In this document: positions 11,309-24,192 of the stretch, piece by piece | How positions within the stretch are numbered: position 1 is the stretch's first letter | Layout of the letters: every line of letters begins with the position of its first letter | Source of the DNA: Pelomyxa schiedti | Lineage: Eukaryota; Protista; Evosea | Length of the DNA stretch: 64,000 nucleotides | Assembly: GCA_020536535.1 (NCBI GenBank) | Contig: JAHLWZ010000794.1 | Span: forward strand, 103,469 to 167,468 | Reading direction: 5' to 3' | Program-made: the position numbers and the translations under genes | The notes under the pieces: generated by a model | The model's input: only the letters and a program-made list of their open reading frames with translations | Database searches by the model: none | Told to the model about the DNA's origin: nothing

Positions 11309-14300
11309 TCACGTTAGTGATGTTTGGTATGTGTGTAGTGCAAGTAAGGCTGCTATCTCTTCCCTGTTGTGTAGTTGTTAGCAAATAGCTGTTGGTGATT
11401 TTGTGTGATTGCTTGTGGATGACATACTGGAGGTGCCGGTATTCTTTTTCTTGTTCTTGGGTAAGGGATTCTATTACATGAGCAGTTTCTTCCAAATCCT
11501 TCTGCACCGCATTGATGTGTCCCTGTTAATGAGAGTGAGGAAGGGGTGTTTCGGACAAGGGAGCCACATGCCTGAAGAAGTGTGTCAGTATCCACTCTGT
11601 GCTGTTCAACCACTTTTCTCATCACTTCCGCCATTTCTTGCCGTAATTGTTCACATTGCGCCTCCTGTTCAGCTTTGGTGGGGAGTGTTGGCCCACCTTT
11701 GGCTGCCTTGGCTCGTATTTGGTCTTGAACCTTACGCCGAGGGTAGGAATGATGAGGAAGGTGGAAAGGAAAATACTGTGTGTGTTTCTTGCAATAAATG
11801 CATCCGTTGTGTTTGATTCACAGTAAGCTGCTGAATGAAACTTGCCTGGCGCTCTAGAAGTAAAACTTTTTCTTGTGATTGTTGCTCTAGAATTAGGGCG
11901 TGTCTGGAGTCCCGGAGTTGTTTCATCAACTGTTTTTCGGTTATTCATGATACACACAACTCAAAACTTACAGCTTTCATCTCATTATGATGACTTTGAA
12001 GTATTTCAAGCTTCTTGGCAAGATTTTGAACAACAACAGCTTCTCTCTCCTTAACATGATCCTGAAGAGTTTAAGTGGGAAGAATCGAGCTTAATTTTTA
12101 CTTGTTTAGTTTTATCTAAGGCTTCCTTGTTTCGTTGTACCAGCAATTGCATCTCCATCTGCTGTGAATCTGCCAATTTTTGTACTTGCATCTTATGATG
12201 CTCTCGAAGCATGGAATCCTCCTCTTCCATGCGCGTACGTTGGGATGTGTGGAAGCTCTGGTCAGCAGATGTGAGACCTTGCATGAATTCAGCTTTTTTC
12301 TCAGTGTGCTCTTCCTTGACTTTTCTCTTTTGGGTAGCATCAGCATGCTTGAGTTCATCCCTCAATTTCTCATCGAACTCCTGTTTTGTGTTACATGAAT
12401 AATGGAGATGAACAACGAACCAGTTTTTTTTTCTTGGCATTCTGGCGGTACTCTTTGATTAGAGCGTTAAATTCCGCACTTTGCTGCTTTTTGTGTTGTT
12501 CTGTTTCTAGAGTAATCCGCTGCTGCAATTGTTCACGTAACAGTGTATGCATGACAGTTAAAGCGTCCTGTATTGTTGTCTGTTCGAGAGAAATTGAAGG
12601 AAGCGTATATACCACATCCGTTTCCCCAGTCCTTGTGAGACATTCTATTTGAATAACTTGTTCTTCCCTCATTTTTTCATAGTGTCGCTGCTGAGCACTA
12701 ATAAGTGCCTGTGTTGCAGTAGCCTGATGTGCGCTTAATTGGTCACAGGCTTGCTTGTGAATCTACAATGAAATACGTAAAATGTTCAAATAATTTATGC
12801 AGTACCTCATCTTTTTGCTGCAGAGTCAGAGCGTGTTCCTCTACCATTTTTTGCAGCTCAAGTTTGATGAGGAATTGTGAAGTTGTTTCAGAAATGTCCA
12901 GTGTTGATACAGCCCTCTGTTGCTGTTGTACTTGTTTGTGAAGTTTTTTGGTTGCAGGAGTCTTTGGTGCCCTTTGCTGTTGTGAAACGAGTGAATAAAG
13001 AAAATTGCGTTTACTTGGAATCTGGCTTGGGTTCACTTTGTACTTGCTTTTCTTTTTCTTTTTGTGCTAATTCCTTTTGTGACTGCTTCTGGGCAGTGGT
13101 GGTCATCTGACAAGTGTTTCTATTCATAAAAATTGAACTCTGAAGAACATGCCTTTTCCCACTGTTTATAGGAAGTTTGGTGTTGTTTCAACAGATTCTC
13201 CAGTTCAGTCTTAAATCTTCTCACCTCATTTTCAGTTTCAACATCCAACTTTTTTTTTGCTTGTTCGTCCTATCCACACAGAGGGTGAGTAACACATGAT
13301 ATCATTGAATGAGAACCTCTTGCTGGAACTTCCGTTGGTGCTTGGCATTTTTATCAGAAAATCCATTCTCCACACGAAGTCTTTCAGCTTTTTGCCTGGA
13401 CTCAAGTGCCTCTCTGTCCTTTATGTTGTGAGTTCTGGTGACATAAATTTTTCAAAGTGAATACTCGCTGTTGCATCTTTTGTTGTCCTTGGATTTCTTG
13501 AAGCTGTTGCTTAACTAACTTTCTGTTTATGTTTTGCTTTATGGCCAGAGTTCGCTTTGCTGCCGTCTTGTGAACTGTCATTGGCCTTTGTCTAGGTGCC
13601 GCAGTAGGCCTCTGGGCTGCCGAAAAAGAATTAATAGACATAGGTAAGGCATGGAGTTTGAAACCTGCATCGACTCCCGAGGAACCTGAGGAGGTAATAA
13701 CCGGACCAGTTTGAGTTCCCAAAGAAGATAAAGGGGGAGCAGGAGAGGGTGATAGTGGAGGAGGATTGGATGTGCGATGTGTAGGTGATGAAGGAATACC
13801 AATAAGGGAAGGTGGGGATAATAGTGGTGGGGTAATTAATGGCGGTGGGGTAATTAAGGGGGGAGGAGTAAATAGAGGAGGGGGTAGGAGTGGCGGAGGG
13901 GACGTGATTGGTGGAGATGGGAGTGGGAGTGGGGGAGAGGCAATGACAGGTACAGGGGGAGGGGTTGCTGGTGGAATAGTGCATGGGGGTGGAGTAGTTG
14001 CTACTGGTGGGAGAGAGGGTGGAGGTGTTGATGGAACAGTTGCAATCGGAACAGTTAGTGCCATTGGAGGAGGGGAAGATGGAGGGGCAGCAAGAGGAAT
14101 TGTTGTATGGTGGGGCTGAGTTGGTGGCGATGGAGGAGGGACAAGGGATGCAGTAGTTGGTTGTGGTGAACTGGAAAGAGGTGCTGAACCCTCTAGAATG
14201 GGAGGAGGAGGAGGAGGAATGAAGTCAAGATGTGCTGGTGGTGGTGGGGTAGACGGGGGGCACGCCTTGGTGGTTTAAGTAATTCACAATCCCAAACTTC

Positions 14301-15947
14301 TTTTAAAACCTGAAACACTTGCTTTTTTTGTGCTTCTACTTGTTTGAGCATACTGAGTGCCTTCCTTTCTTCTTCGTTTACTTCTTCCAACGTCGCATCA
14401 TTTTCAGCAGCTTCCTCATCCGCCATTGCAGATTGGTACCTTTGAGGAATCTTGAGAATTGGAAATATCACAGAAATACTGTATTTCCACACCTCAGTAC
14501 AAGAGTAATAAGGGACTCAGTTGTACCACAGCTCTGAAGCCATTGGTGCTTTCATTAAGTTAGTTGTATTTCATTACTACCCTTACAAGTAATAAAAGAA
14601 AAACTTACAGTCATAAGCTGGGATACAGATGCCCTATCCTTTGGTTCCCTCATCAAACTTTTTGTGATAAAGTCGTTAAAGAGAGGGGACCAGTTTTGAG
14701 GTTTTTCCAGTTTTGGCGGATCTCTAAAGGGAATTTGCATCAGAGCCTTCATTGGGTGCATCTCAGCAAGGGGTGGCTCTCCATGGGCTAGTTCAAGAAG
14801 TGTTATTCCCAAACTCCATACATCGGCCTGAAGAAGTTGATATTGTCTTTTTGATTTTTTGAGGGATGTACCTTAGCGTCATATGGTACTGTGGAGACTT
14901 TGTTGGAAATAACCTCTGGGGCCATCCTTCAGAAAATTAATGTGAAGAACAAAGAGATATTGATACCAATAAGGAGTTCCAATAAATGTCTTCCTTGTTG
15001 GCTCTGATGTAGATATTTGTCCACAGACACCAAAGTCAACTAAGCAACATATCACTCAATAACAAAGAAAAAAGAAGGATCACCAAGTTTAATGGCACCA
15101 TGCTTTGTAATTAAGATGTTTGCCCCTAGGAAACAGTTAGATGGAAAGATAAGCTCCGTATACCTTTAATATCTCTATGAAGAAACCCAGCATTGTGCAA
15201 GTAAGCTAGACCTGCTAATGTATCTCTACAAACCAAGGCAATGAGTGGTTCAGGGAACGGTGCGTCAAGTTCTTGTGTGTGAATGAGGTTAACATCGAGA
15301 AGATAACTCACCTTGGTAGATGTCTGTTGCAGAACCGCCATCACAAAATTCCATTCCTATCTAAAAAAAACAACAGAAATGATACAAAAATAAATACATA
15401 TGGAAGAATCAAGAAAGTACACACAAACAATTCATCATTCCGTTTCCAACAACCAAAGTAACTAATGGAGAAACCAAAGTGAGTTCATTTTGTCTATGAA
15501 CTTGAGTTTTGATTTGAACGTACCCAACAATGTTGGGATGTCTGCACAAGGATAAAACTTGAATTTCAATTAGTAAATCATCAAATGTTTCATCCTCCTC
15601 AAGCTGGATGATTTTAATTGCCAACTCTTCAGTGGAAGAAACATGGCCTCCCTAGAGTTTTGTTGTGATTTATGTAAGTGGAATTAATGGGCTTTTGGCA
15701 ATATTCCTTGTACGGAAAGCAACCTTGTAAACGATACCTTCACAAAATGAAAGGTTACGTTACCCAGAGAGAAAAAGGAGGGGAAAAAAACACGGTGGGT
15801 GAGCACATACCAAAGGAGCCCTCTGCAATAACGGAATCTAAGCGAAGAACGTCATTTGGATCTTCCTGCGTGACAGATCGCGTGAATTACAACGAACCCG
15901 CAATGTGCGTACGTTACCTTGCGACAAAAGGGCTCCAAGCACGACAT
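11309..15947 (-). CDS. STE20-family (GCK/SLK/TAO-like) Ser/Thr kinase with Pro-rich linker and coiled-coil tail
   Basis: EDP..IAEGSFG, AIKII, HPNIVGY, HRDIKG/ANIL, DFG, TFIGTPYW/MAPEVI, GITLLELAHGEPPLAEMHPMKAL; Q/E/K-rich tail. Confidence 0.92.
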
Positions 15948-16194
15948 CAAATAATAGAAAAAAAAAGAAATGTTGTTGTGACAGTGACTGAAAGTTACAC
16001 GAAAGGCCCGAACGAACGAAATCTGATCTGCAGGCAAACGAATCATCATAAAAGAGAATTTACAAATACAAAAAAAAAAAAGGCACATCTTGTGTTCACA
16101 ATAGACTAGTGATGGACACACCCTGATACACCAAATAAAAGTTGTATTTTTCCCCCAAAACAGGTCCACCAAAAAATCAAAACCAGGCCAACAT

Positions 16195-19013
16195 TTAGAG
16201 AGATACAGGAGCCTTCTCTTCCTTTTTGTCTTCTTCCTGTGAAAGCAGTGAGAAATCTTAATAACATGAGGAGAATTTAAGTATTTAGGTACCTTTTCTT
16301 TCCACCGGTACCATAGAATAATGCCACCAAGGCCACCCAGAGCTAAAACCAAAGCAATAATTACCCAAAACAATACTCCAGTTGCTGTTATGTACAACTC
16401 CATCTTCCATCTGTGAAAAACCGGGTGAGAGAAACATAGAAAAGAATCGCAGAAAACCTATCAACATTACTTGGCGGGAATGTTACAAAAACAACTTGGG
16501 AGTTTGGTACAATAGACTCGAAGTACTGTGTCCATGTTTCAACCATGGGTATGCCACAAAATGCAGTAGAAATGTAGTTGGAAACTCGTCCCAACCCAAA
16601 GAATAAATAGGGAGGAAGTAGGGACAAATAACTAGATTGAGAAAGTTGTGTTCCTACGTGCAAGAAATGTGAGGAAAAACACAAAGTGATGTGAAGATAC
16701 CAGCAACTCCAAGGTTATGTCCGCCGGTGTCAGTAAACGTGAGTTTCACAACACCGCCAGGTTGGTTAACCCCGTAGGGTTTTGGATCTGGAACAGTTTC
16801 CCCCTCCTTACACCAGACATCACAGACTCCATTGAGAACTAAAAGCAATCACTTTTGCTACGAAATTGAAAGAGACAAACCAACGGTTTTAAAGAATAGT
16901 GCATCTGGCTCAAATCCATTAAATACAGCTTCAACTCTAGATTTCCCAGACATTGATACAACAGATGGATCAACTAGAACAAGTATGTCAAGGCTTCCCT
17001 GTGCGCCTCTAAGTTGCTTCAACGGTACTAGTAATTCATACCCCATCTCCTATATCAAAGAAAGCAGCTGCATAGGCTCCATTTATATCGGTTAATGCCT
17101 GCAAGGTGGTTAATTAGCAACGGAATTCAACCATATCACCTTAATGTTTGCAGCATCATTTCTGACAAGAGTCCGGGTGCCAGCTGATATTTGTGCATCA
17201 CTGCAGTTGGCAGAAGAAGAGCATTTGGTGTTTTTCCACAGTTGTATGGAGACGGAAACATTCTGTACCGAAATCAACAAGTCAGGGAATCCATCAATAT
17301 CATAGTCGCCTGTATCGTGGTTACCGAGTAATCTCCCATATTTTAATGCAATACCTGCATGAACAGTCAAAGGAAAATCAGGGTGAATAAAGAATGGCGT
17401 TGGAAGGGGCACTACAACGAGTGATTCGTTCTAAGAAAGAAATGAGTTAAATCCAGGGTCAGATATTATACAGTAGGATCGGATAAGCTAAAAAGGAAAT
17501 CTGGGAAAGCTGTGCACATCGAAGAGCTTGACAGGCAGTTATCACCACCAGAAAGTCCAGAACACACTTTCATCTGAAGAACTCGCGTTAAAATTATTCA
17601 GTTCTTCTGTGAAAGACCGTACTTGAGAGTTGTATGCAATCCAAATTTCTGCTTGACCATTATTATTGACAGGAAAAACCATATCTATTGCAGCATCACG
17701 ATCTATGGTTCAACATAAGAACTGGATGTACATGTAAAAAAAAAGGGTGTACCAAAATCTATAAATAAGACTTGTCCAGCACCCTCGGGTGCAGTAAATT
17801 TCCTTTGGCGAGAGTATCTGGAGTCATCACGATTCCAGATCCACATTTCAAAAAATGTATCCGTGCCATCCTTTTGACTGTTTGTTGGGGGAAAAAATGG
17901 GAATAAAACCAACAGTTGTTGTAAGGAATAAATCAGGATGACAATCTCCATCCAAATCCACAAAGGATGCACTATGAGGAGAAGATAGCAGCGGCAGTTC
18001 ACCACTTACACTTTTGTTTTGTTAATACACTTTCCTGTTGTTATGAAGCTTCATACATGGAGAAGGTGTCATTTCCATTATTCAACCACACAACTGTTGT
18101 GCCATCTGAAATCCCAAGGAGGTCAACAAGCATGTCTGAATTCCAATCAAACAATAGTACTTGGTCGTCAGCATGATAGAGATCAATGTAATCTCCTATT
18201 AGAGCAATACCAAGTTATTGAGGAGTGCAGGGTTTTGGGACATACTGAAAGACCAATGATTAGAAGAGTTTCTATTTCGTAAATAAAGGTGCAAAGAGAG
18301 AAATCCATTTCCCTCTTCGTTACATGTGACTAGAAAATCCAGCCAGCCGTCATGATTGAAATCCGACTGGAATTGTTAGGAAGGAGAGGAAAAAGAAAGT
18401 AATTCAACATACAGGAGCAACGTTCACAATAGGATATGTTTCATTAATTATTGCGAAAATAGAGAATTTCCAGTCATCTTTTTTACAAAAAAATTGTGAA
18501 TAATGGCCATTGCAGTTATGAAATAGGTACATGGACTCCATTGATACACTATTACACTAAGTTGGTCGTCTGAGATTACGAATATATCAGTGCTGCAAAT
18601 AAATTATTATTCGCAAGAAAATTACAATTCATAGTACTATTGATCGTTGTCAACGTCACCAAAGCTTGCCACACGCCCATACATATCAGACATTCCAACT
18701 TGAGCTGTAGCATTGCTGAAGCAATCAGACGAAAAATGAGGCCTTGATTGTTTTCATACACTGTGTAAGGAAAAAGGGGAAAAACAAAAAAAAAAAAAAA
18801 AAAAACGAGAGAATGCACACTGATGGACAGTTGCGGGGTTCAACCATTGTGCACTCATTGATCCCAAAGTACCACCCAAACAACCTACCAACGTATTGAG
18901 GGGAAAAAAAATCAGGAAGTAACGTGGCTCTAGAGCCAACGAGCATCCCACAATCCCTTACCTAGGCATAACACCAACAACGCCCAAAACGCGACGCCAC
19001 CGCGTCGTTCCAT
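16195..19013 (-). CDS. ITFG1: ITFG1/LINKIN (T-cell immunomodulatory protein homologue), FG-GAP repeat type I membrane protein
   Basis: Signal peptide; FGDVDND, FVDLDGDC.PDL, GDYDIDGFPDLL; QLSQSSYLSL..PY..FGLGRVSNYI; IVPNSQVVF; C-terminal TM followed by W..KEKEEDK. Confidence 0.88.
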
Positions 19014-19099
19014 AGTCCTTAAATCTTACGAAACAACAAGAAAAAAAAACAAACGAAAAAGGAGAAAAAAAATAAACTAATCAAAAAGTTGGGGAACCC

Positions 19100-22000
19100 A
19101 TGAGCGTCACCAACACCAAAAAAGAAGCTGGAATACAGTCCCTCAACGGGGCGCACAGAGCCAATGACATTGGGATTTCAGGGGGAAAAAATCTCAACTG
19201 TGGGAAAGGGAAAGGTTCTCTTTGTTTGTTATCTTTCAACAATCAGGATTGGGAGTCTGCAATTAATGCCGGGATTCTTCCTAAGAATAAAGCAGCAGGC
19301 ACCAGATTTCTGTGTCAAACTCAGAACTGTATCAACTTTGACCTCCTTTGCATCGTCAGTCATCAGGGACTGAGTCTCAGATATAACCACAAGGGTTGCT
19401 GAGCGGAGGGACTTTTCTACATCAATAACCAATATGAAGAGGATATGCTGATTTGGCTTTGTAGGAACTACTACTGCCGAGAGCCAGCAGAACGATACGA
19501 TCTTTACGTAGCAAGAGAAGGGAAGGTCTATGAACAAATACTCAAACACGAGGGAATCCAGGTCCGTTGGCTTCAGGATGCACATATTTGTTGGTTTTTT
19601 CATCGTTCTGGGCGAACGGGAACATTTATGATCCAGCTCCTACTGCATTGATAAATTCCCCGTAGCTTGCCGAAGGTGTCCCATCTCCTTCACCATCACA
19701 TCATGCCTCATGATTATATTCTCCTTCAGAATCATCTGAAAAACGCAACACCGCCGAGGTGTCAGTTTGGTTGTGACTCAGATGGTCAGGGTGATTGATT
19801 GGTCATCATTCCCGTAAATACGGAGCACGTGTGCCCAATGCCTTGAACAACGAAGGCTTTCTGTTGGGCGAAACAAGTTGGAACCCCTCCCACAATATAC
19901 TTTCTGGAATCCAAGGTCGGCCACATATGTCCCACCGAATCGGCCACATGCGCATTCGTAGCTGTTGTCTGTGAGGTCGCGGTGGGTTGTTTTGCTCTCG
20001 TCGCCTGCGGCGTTTGTTTTTTTTTTAACGGAGTTCCAGTAAAGAGTCCTCCTGATTCCCATCAAATTTGGAGGCAGGGCAACGACGCCAACGATAGAAT
20101 CATTGGTGACACCAACAAACTTTTATGTTTTGGTTATAAACAACAGAGTGTGAAGTGGACAGCAGCGGGGAGATCTGTGTTTTACGCAAATAGACGTAGT
20201 GGATAGCAGCGTTGTAGGGGCGTCACAACTCACAGGAGATCTGTGTAGAGTCTCGCAACATCTCCCTTTGATAGGTGACATCGTTAAAAGCTATTTGGTG
20301 GACCTATTGCTTCAACTTCCCAAGAGGGTTCTCTTGTCAATACTAATATTGATATGTGAGGATTTGTGATCCAGAAAATTCCCACTGTGTGAAGTTCACG
20401 GAAAGTGACCCTTTTTTTACGAGGCACTAATACTTACAGCATTGAAAACCCCAGGAGGCACAGCTGCTCACCTGGACCACACCCACTAATCCAGGTAATT
20501 GATGCTTAGTAAGGCAAAAACAGTTCTCGGAAGGCTACTTATGTTCTTGGCACTTAAGGGAGTTGGTGGTGAACCTGGTTTTTACCGTTGATTGCCTTTC
20601 TGCTTCTAACATCCCTCTGCACAGAATTACCTGACTGCAGCCGAGCATTACTTGATGTATGACTTCTGCCCCCTTTTTTTCTTTATTTGCCACTAAGTGC
20701 AAATAACTACTTCTTGACAGTGACCAGTTGCTGGTGGTATTGGAAGTACTCTATAAAACAAGATGAAATGTGGAAATAACAAACCAGAGATCCTCTCTTG
20801 CTCTTCAGAAGCTCAACAGTCTTGCCAGAGTTCCCTCTGTGGATGCGACTTAAATTCTGGAATCCAAATGCATTTGGTGGTGTTGTTCTCCTGATAAACG
20901 GCCACTGAGAGCTCTCCCCTGCTGTGCATAGCTTTTGCTTCAGGACTTGAAATCCAGTATTTTTTCCTTACTTTAAGCAATGTTTTGTTTAACTATGCTA
21001 ATGACTCAGTTGGCCTAAACCAAACGTTGGTTGTTCCAGCTCTCCAATGTGTGCAGTTCACTTAAGGTGGCCCTTTTTTTATCAGGCACTAAGTAAGTCT
21101 TCTAGCTTTGAAAAACTCAGGACCACTTTTCTCCAGAAATCTGGGTAATTGATGCTTATTAAGACACCTTGTGTATGCTTAACCAATATGGCAGTGACTT
21201 AGGCACTATGGCTCTGAATTGTTGGAATTCTGATAACAATGTAGGGGGTTACCTTTAGGGTCAAGCAATGTCTGAATAGGCATGTCCAATAATTCTCCAA
21301 ATAATAACTAAACTTGAAAGAAGGTTTATGGAAGAATCTCAGGAAGAAGTCCTTCAATGTGCAGTTTAGCAAGATTATTAAGGTTCTGACCTTTTTCTTT
21401 GAAGTAATTAACGTACCACCCTGCAGGAATATTGAGTACTTCCAAACAAGGAACAGTTGGACATACCACATAAGGTACGTTTTGAATATATGTTCTGTTA
21501 TTATGATGTATAGACAGCTGGAAAACACCACACATTGGTGCACCAAAGGTGAACTGAATGGTGATCAGATAATTTCTTGTGGATTCTGGGATGGGAAACT
21601 CAGTAGTTCCAGTGGATTTAGATGACACCCTTTTAGGGTGACTCACGTGTATCCCTTGACAACACAGCCCATTGAAGACTGAGATATGTTGTTCCCAATC
21701 AAAGGGAAACAGCCGGAAAAAAAAAATTTCGTATTTCACCGTCAAGCGATTTCATGCTTGTGTTTTGTAAAACTCAACATTTTACGTTATAAGATCATGA
21801 GAGTGTTACACAGAGGCTGATATTACATTTCTTGTACAGTCTGCCGTACAGTATACTGACTCTTCCTTTCAATGTGAGTCTCCAATTTAAAACATAATTT
21901 ATCACTGTAAGTCTTTACCTAATTTACATTCGTTATTGGGATGAATTCTATTGAGTTGCAATACTGTTATGCCTTGGCTTCTTGGCTCACTCTCTGGAAT

Positions 22001-22860
22001 ATTGGACCCGATTCACTGGGATTACTGTGGATTGCTCTCTCCAATTGTTCTGGTGAAAACTGGAAGTTGTGGGGTGGGGTTGTTCTTTGCCATGGCCGCA
22101 GCTCTTTTCCAAAAGAGCTGTTGCTGATTGGGCTGGGAACAGCACCATCTCGGTAATAATTCTTCTGGTGGAAACTGGGACAGTTGGAGAGAGTTCAGTG
22201 CTTTGGGGGGGGATATGTTGTGGGGTGTGTGGGTGTTCCTTGGCCACGGCCACAGCTTTTTCCATCGATAGCTGTTGCTGATTGGGCTGGGGAAACACTC
22301 CCCCACTCCCGACATATTGTGGAGCCTGTCTGGGAGTGCTTTGTTGTTCTTGGCCGCGGCCACAGCTCTTTCATTGTTACGTTTCATCAGTTACGGGCCG
22401 TACTTGTGGTTGATTTTTTGAACTGTTGTTTCCTCAGTGACAAATGTGATAGGGATAAGTTCCAACTTGGTCTGCAGTGGTACCATGACTGAATACAGAC
22501 GGAATTAAGATAGAATACCCTTCACCAAAACAATAACAGCAAAAGGAGAAAAGATATTATTTGTGCTGGATGCTTGGGGTGTGTCAGTCGATTACGATCA
22601 CTCCATTGTCATCCTTGTGATAGGTGGTTGCTGTAGTGGATGCAGTGGCAGTGGTTCTTCACTGGATAATAGGCAGTGGCCTTGGTTTGGTCTCACCCAT
22701 AATCGCCATCTGCAGCCACTGCATCGTTAACTTGCGGCAGGGAAGGAGTGACTGTGATTTGGAGATCACTTGATTCACTGTTACCAAATTTTGGTTGGGA
22801 TGTCGATGGAGGGCACTGTGGGTGTCAATAGTTTGAGCTGGAGTGCTCATCATATACCCT
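19100..22860. pseudogene. Zone of decayed or fragmentary genes, including an F-box-like remnant near 20500-20950 (+) and a repetitive remnant at 21950-22400 (-)
   Basis: Protein-like stretches interrupted by stops, e.g. ELPD.../TSCWWYWKYSIKQDEMWK*Q; internal duplications; no intact model found. Confidence 0.35.
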
Positions 22861-23057
22861 CAGAAAACTGTGTACTTCCAATCACGTTGCTGTCTGGCTA
22901 CCCACGTCGATAAAGGGTGAGTCGCCGCACCCACGCTTATCGATGACCTAAGTTGTAGGAGTACGAAGGGGGTCCCCCAACACACAGCACGTTATTCCTT
23001 GATTTGTTCAGTTCTCGGAACTGAGAACTCCAAAAAATACAAAGGAACTTCGTGTTC

Positions 23058-24048
23058 TTAGGTAGTGTCAAGAAAGTATTTAATTGACGCAAGATCGCCA
23101 GCCATTGACTCTGTGAATGGAGGATATAAGGTAAGAGTGTCCTCGGTGAAGTTCAAGGCCAACTTGCTGTTATTCCCAGTTAAAAAAAAAAAAAAAACAG
23201 TACAAGAGGCTGTAACAAAGATACTTTAAGTCAGTGGCACGTGAAATGACTGCACATAGCTCCGTTGCTGGAATCCACTTGAAGGCATTTTTTTCCGTTC
23301 CACAGAGGACTCTGTTCTTGGTGTGATTTAGGTTTTTTTTATCTTGGCTCCCATGAACTAACACTCATATTCCAGAGCCTTGCTTCCCTGAAAATTTTGG
23401 CGCTGATATAAGGAACACTGGCGATATACATAATGTAATTTCTTGAGACTGAAACATGCACACTGAACTCCTAGCAGAAATGTTTACTGAGCGCCTCAAC
23501 AATGAAAAACCAAACCTGGTGCAGAAGTCTCTGCATTACATCAATACTGTGTAACAGATCGCGTTCAGAGACAGTAACAGGAGTGCTTTGCATTGACGGC
23601 GTTGCAGTGGTGGAAGTGGAAGTTGTTGTGGTGGAGGAATTTCCCGTCATTGTGTTATATCCGGCACCAAACACACCCACTGTCTCCTCAGAAAACTCCC
23701 TTGCAGCACCACATTGGATGCACAACTCTCCTTCCTTAAGTGACCCACCTAAATGTGACCAACCAATTTCATTGGAAGGGCACGAATGGTTCACATGATT
23801 CAAATGAAACACAAACCGAAATCAGACCAGCACTGGCAAGTTCCCCTGTGCGAGCACCGTGTTTCTCTGCCCAACAAAAAGTATTTCTCCCCTCCAATGA
23901 CACACATTGGCAACTAAAGTGGTTCTTCCCACTCAGAATGGCCAAGAACACGAAATAAAAAGAAACTCACCACGCCGGCTGCTTTGATGTTGGGAAAAAG
24001 TTCCCTGGTGTGGCACACTGGAGAGCACCATTTACTGTCTCGTCTCAT
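23058..24048 (-). CDS. NUDIX hydrolase
   Basis: KAAGV/LP...YFLLGRE and Nudix box WSHLGGSLKEGE...GAAREFSEETVG; TEKNAFKW. Confidence 0.85.
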
Positions 24049-24192
24049 TTTTTAAAAAAAACCGAAGTAACTCAGGGTTGAGTGGTTTTCATTAGGTAAT
24101 CAAAGAATACGAAATACAAAAGTCATCAGAGGCACTTTCGCCTGAGCGTCAGGGATTTGTCCAGTGCTCTCCGACCTCGGAAGGAACAGATT

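Noticed and set aside
19100-22860. Autonomous transposon or viral insertion
   Set aside because: No transposase, RT, integrase or capsid motifs recognised, and no clear TIR or TSD
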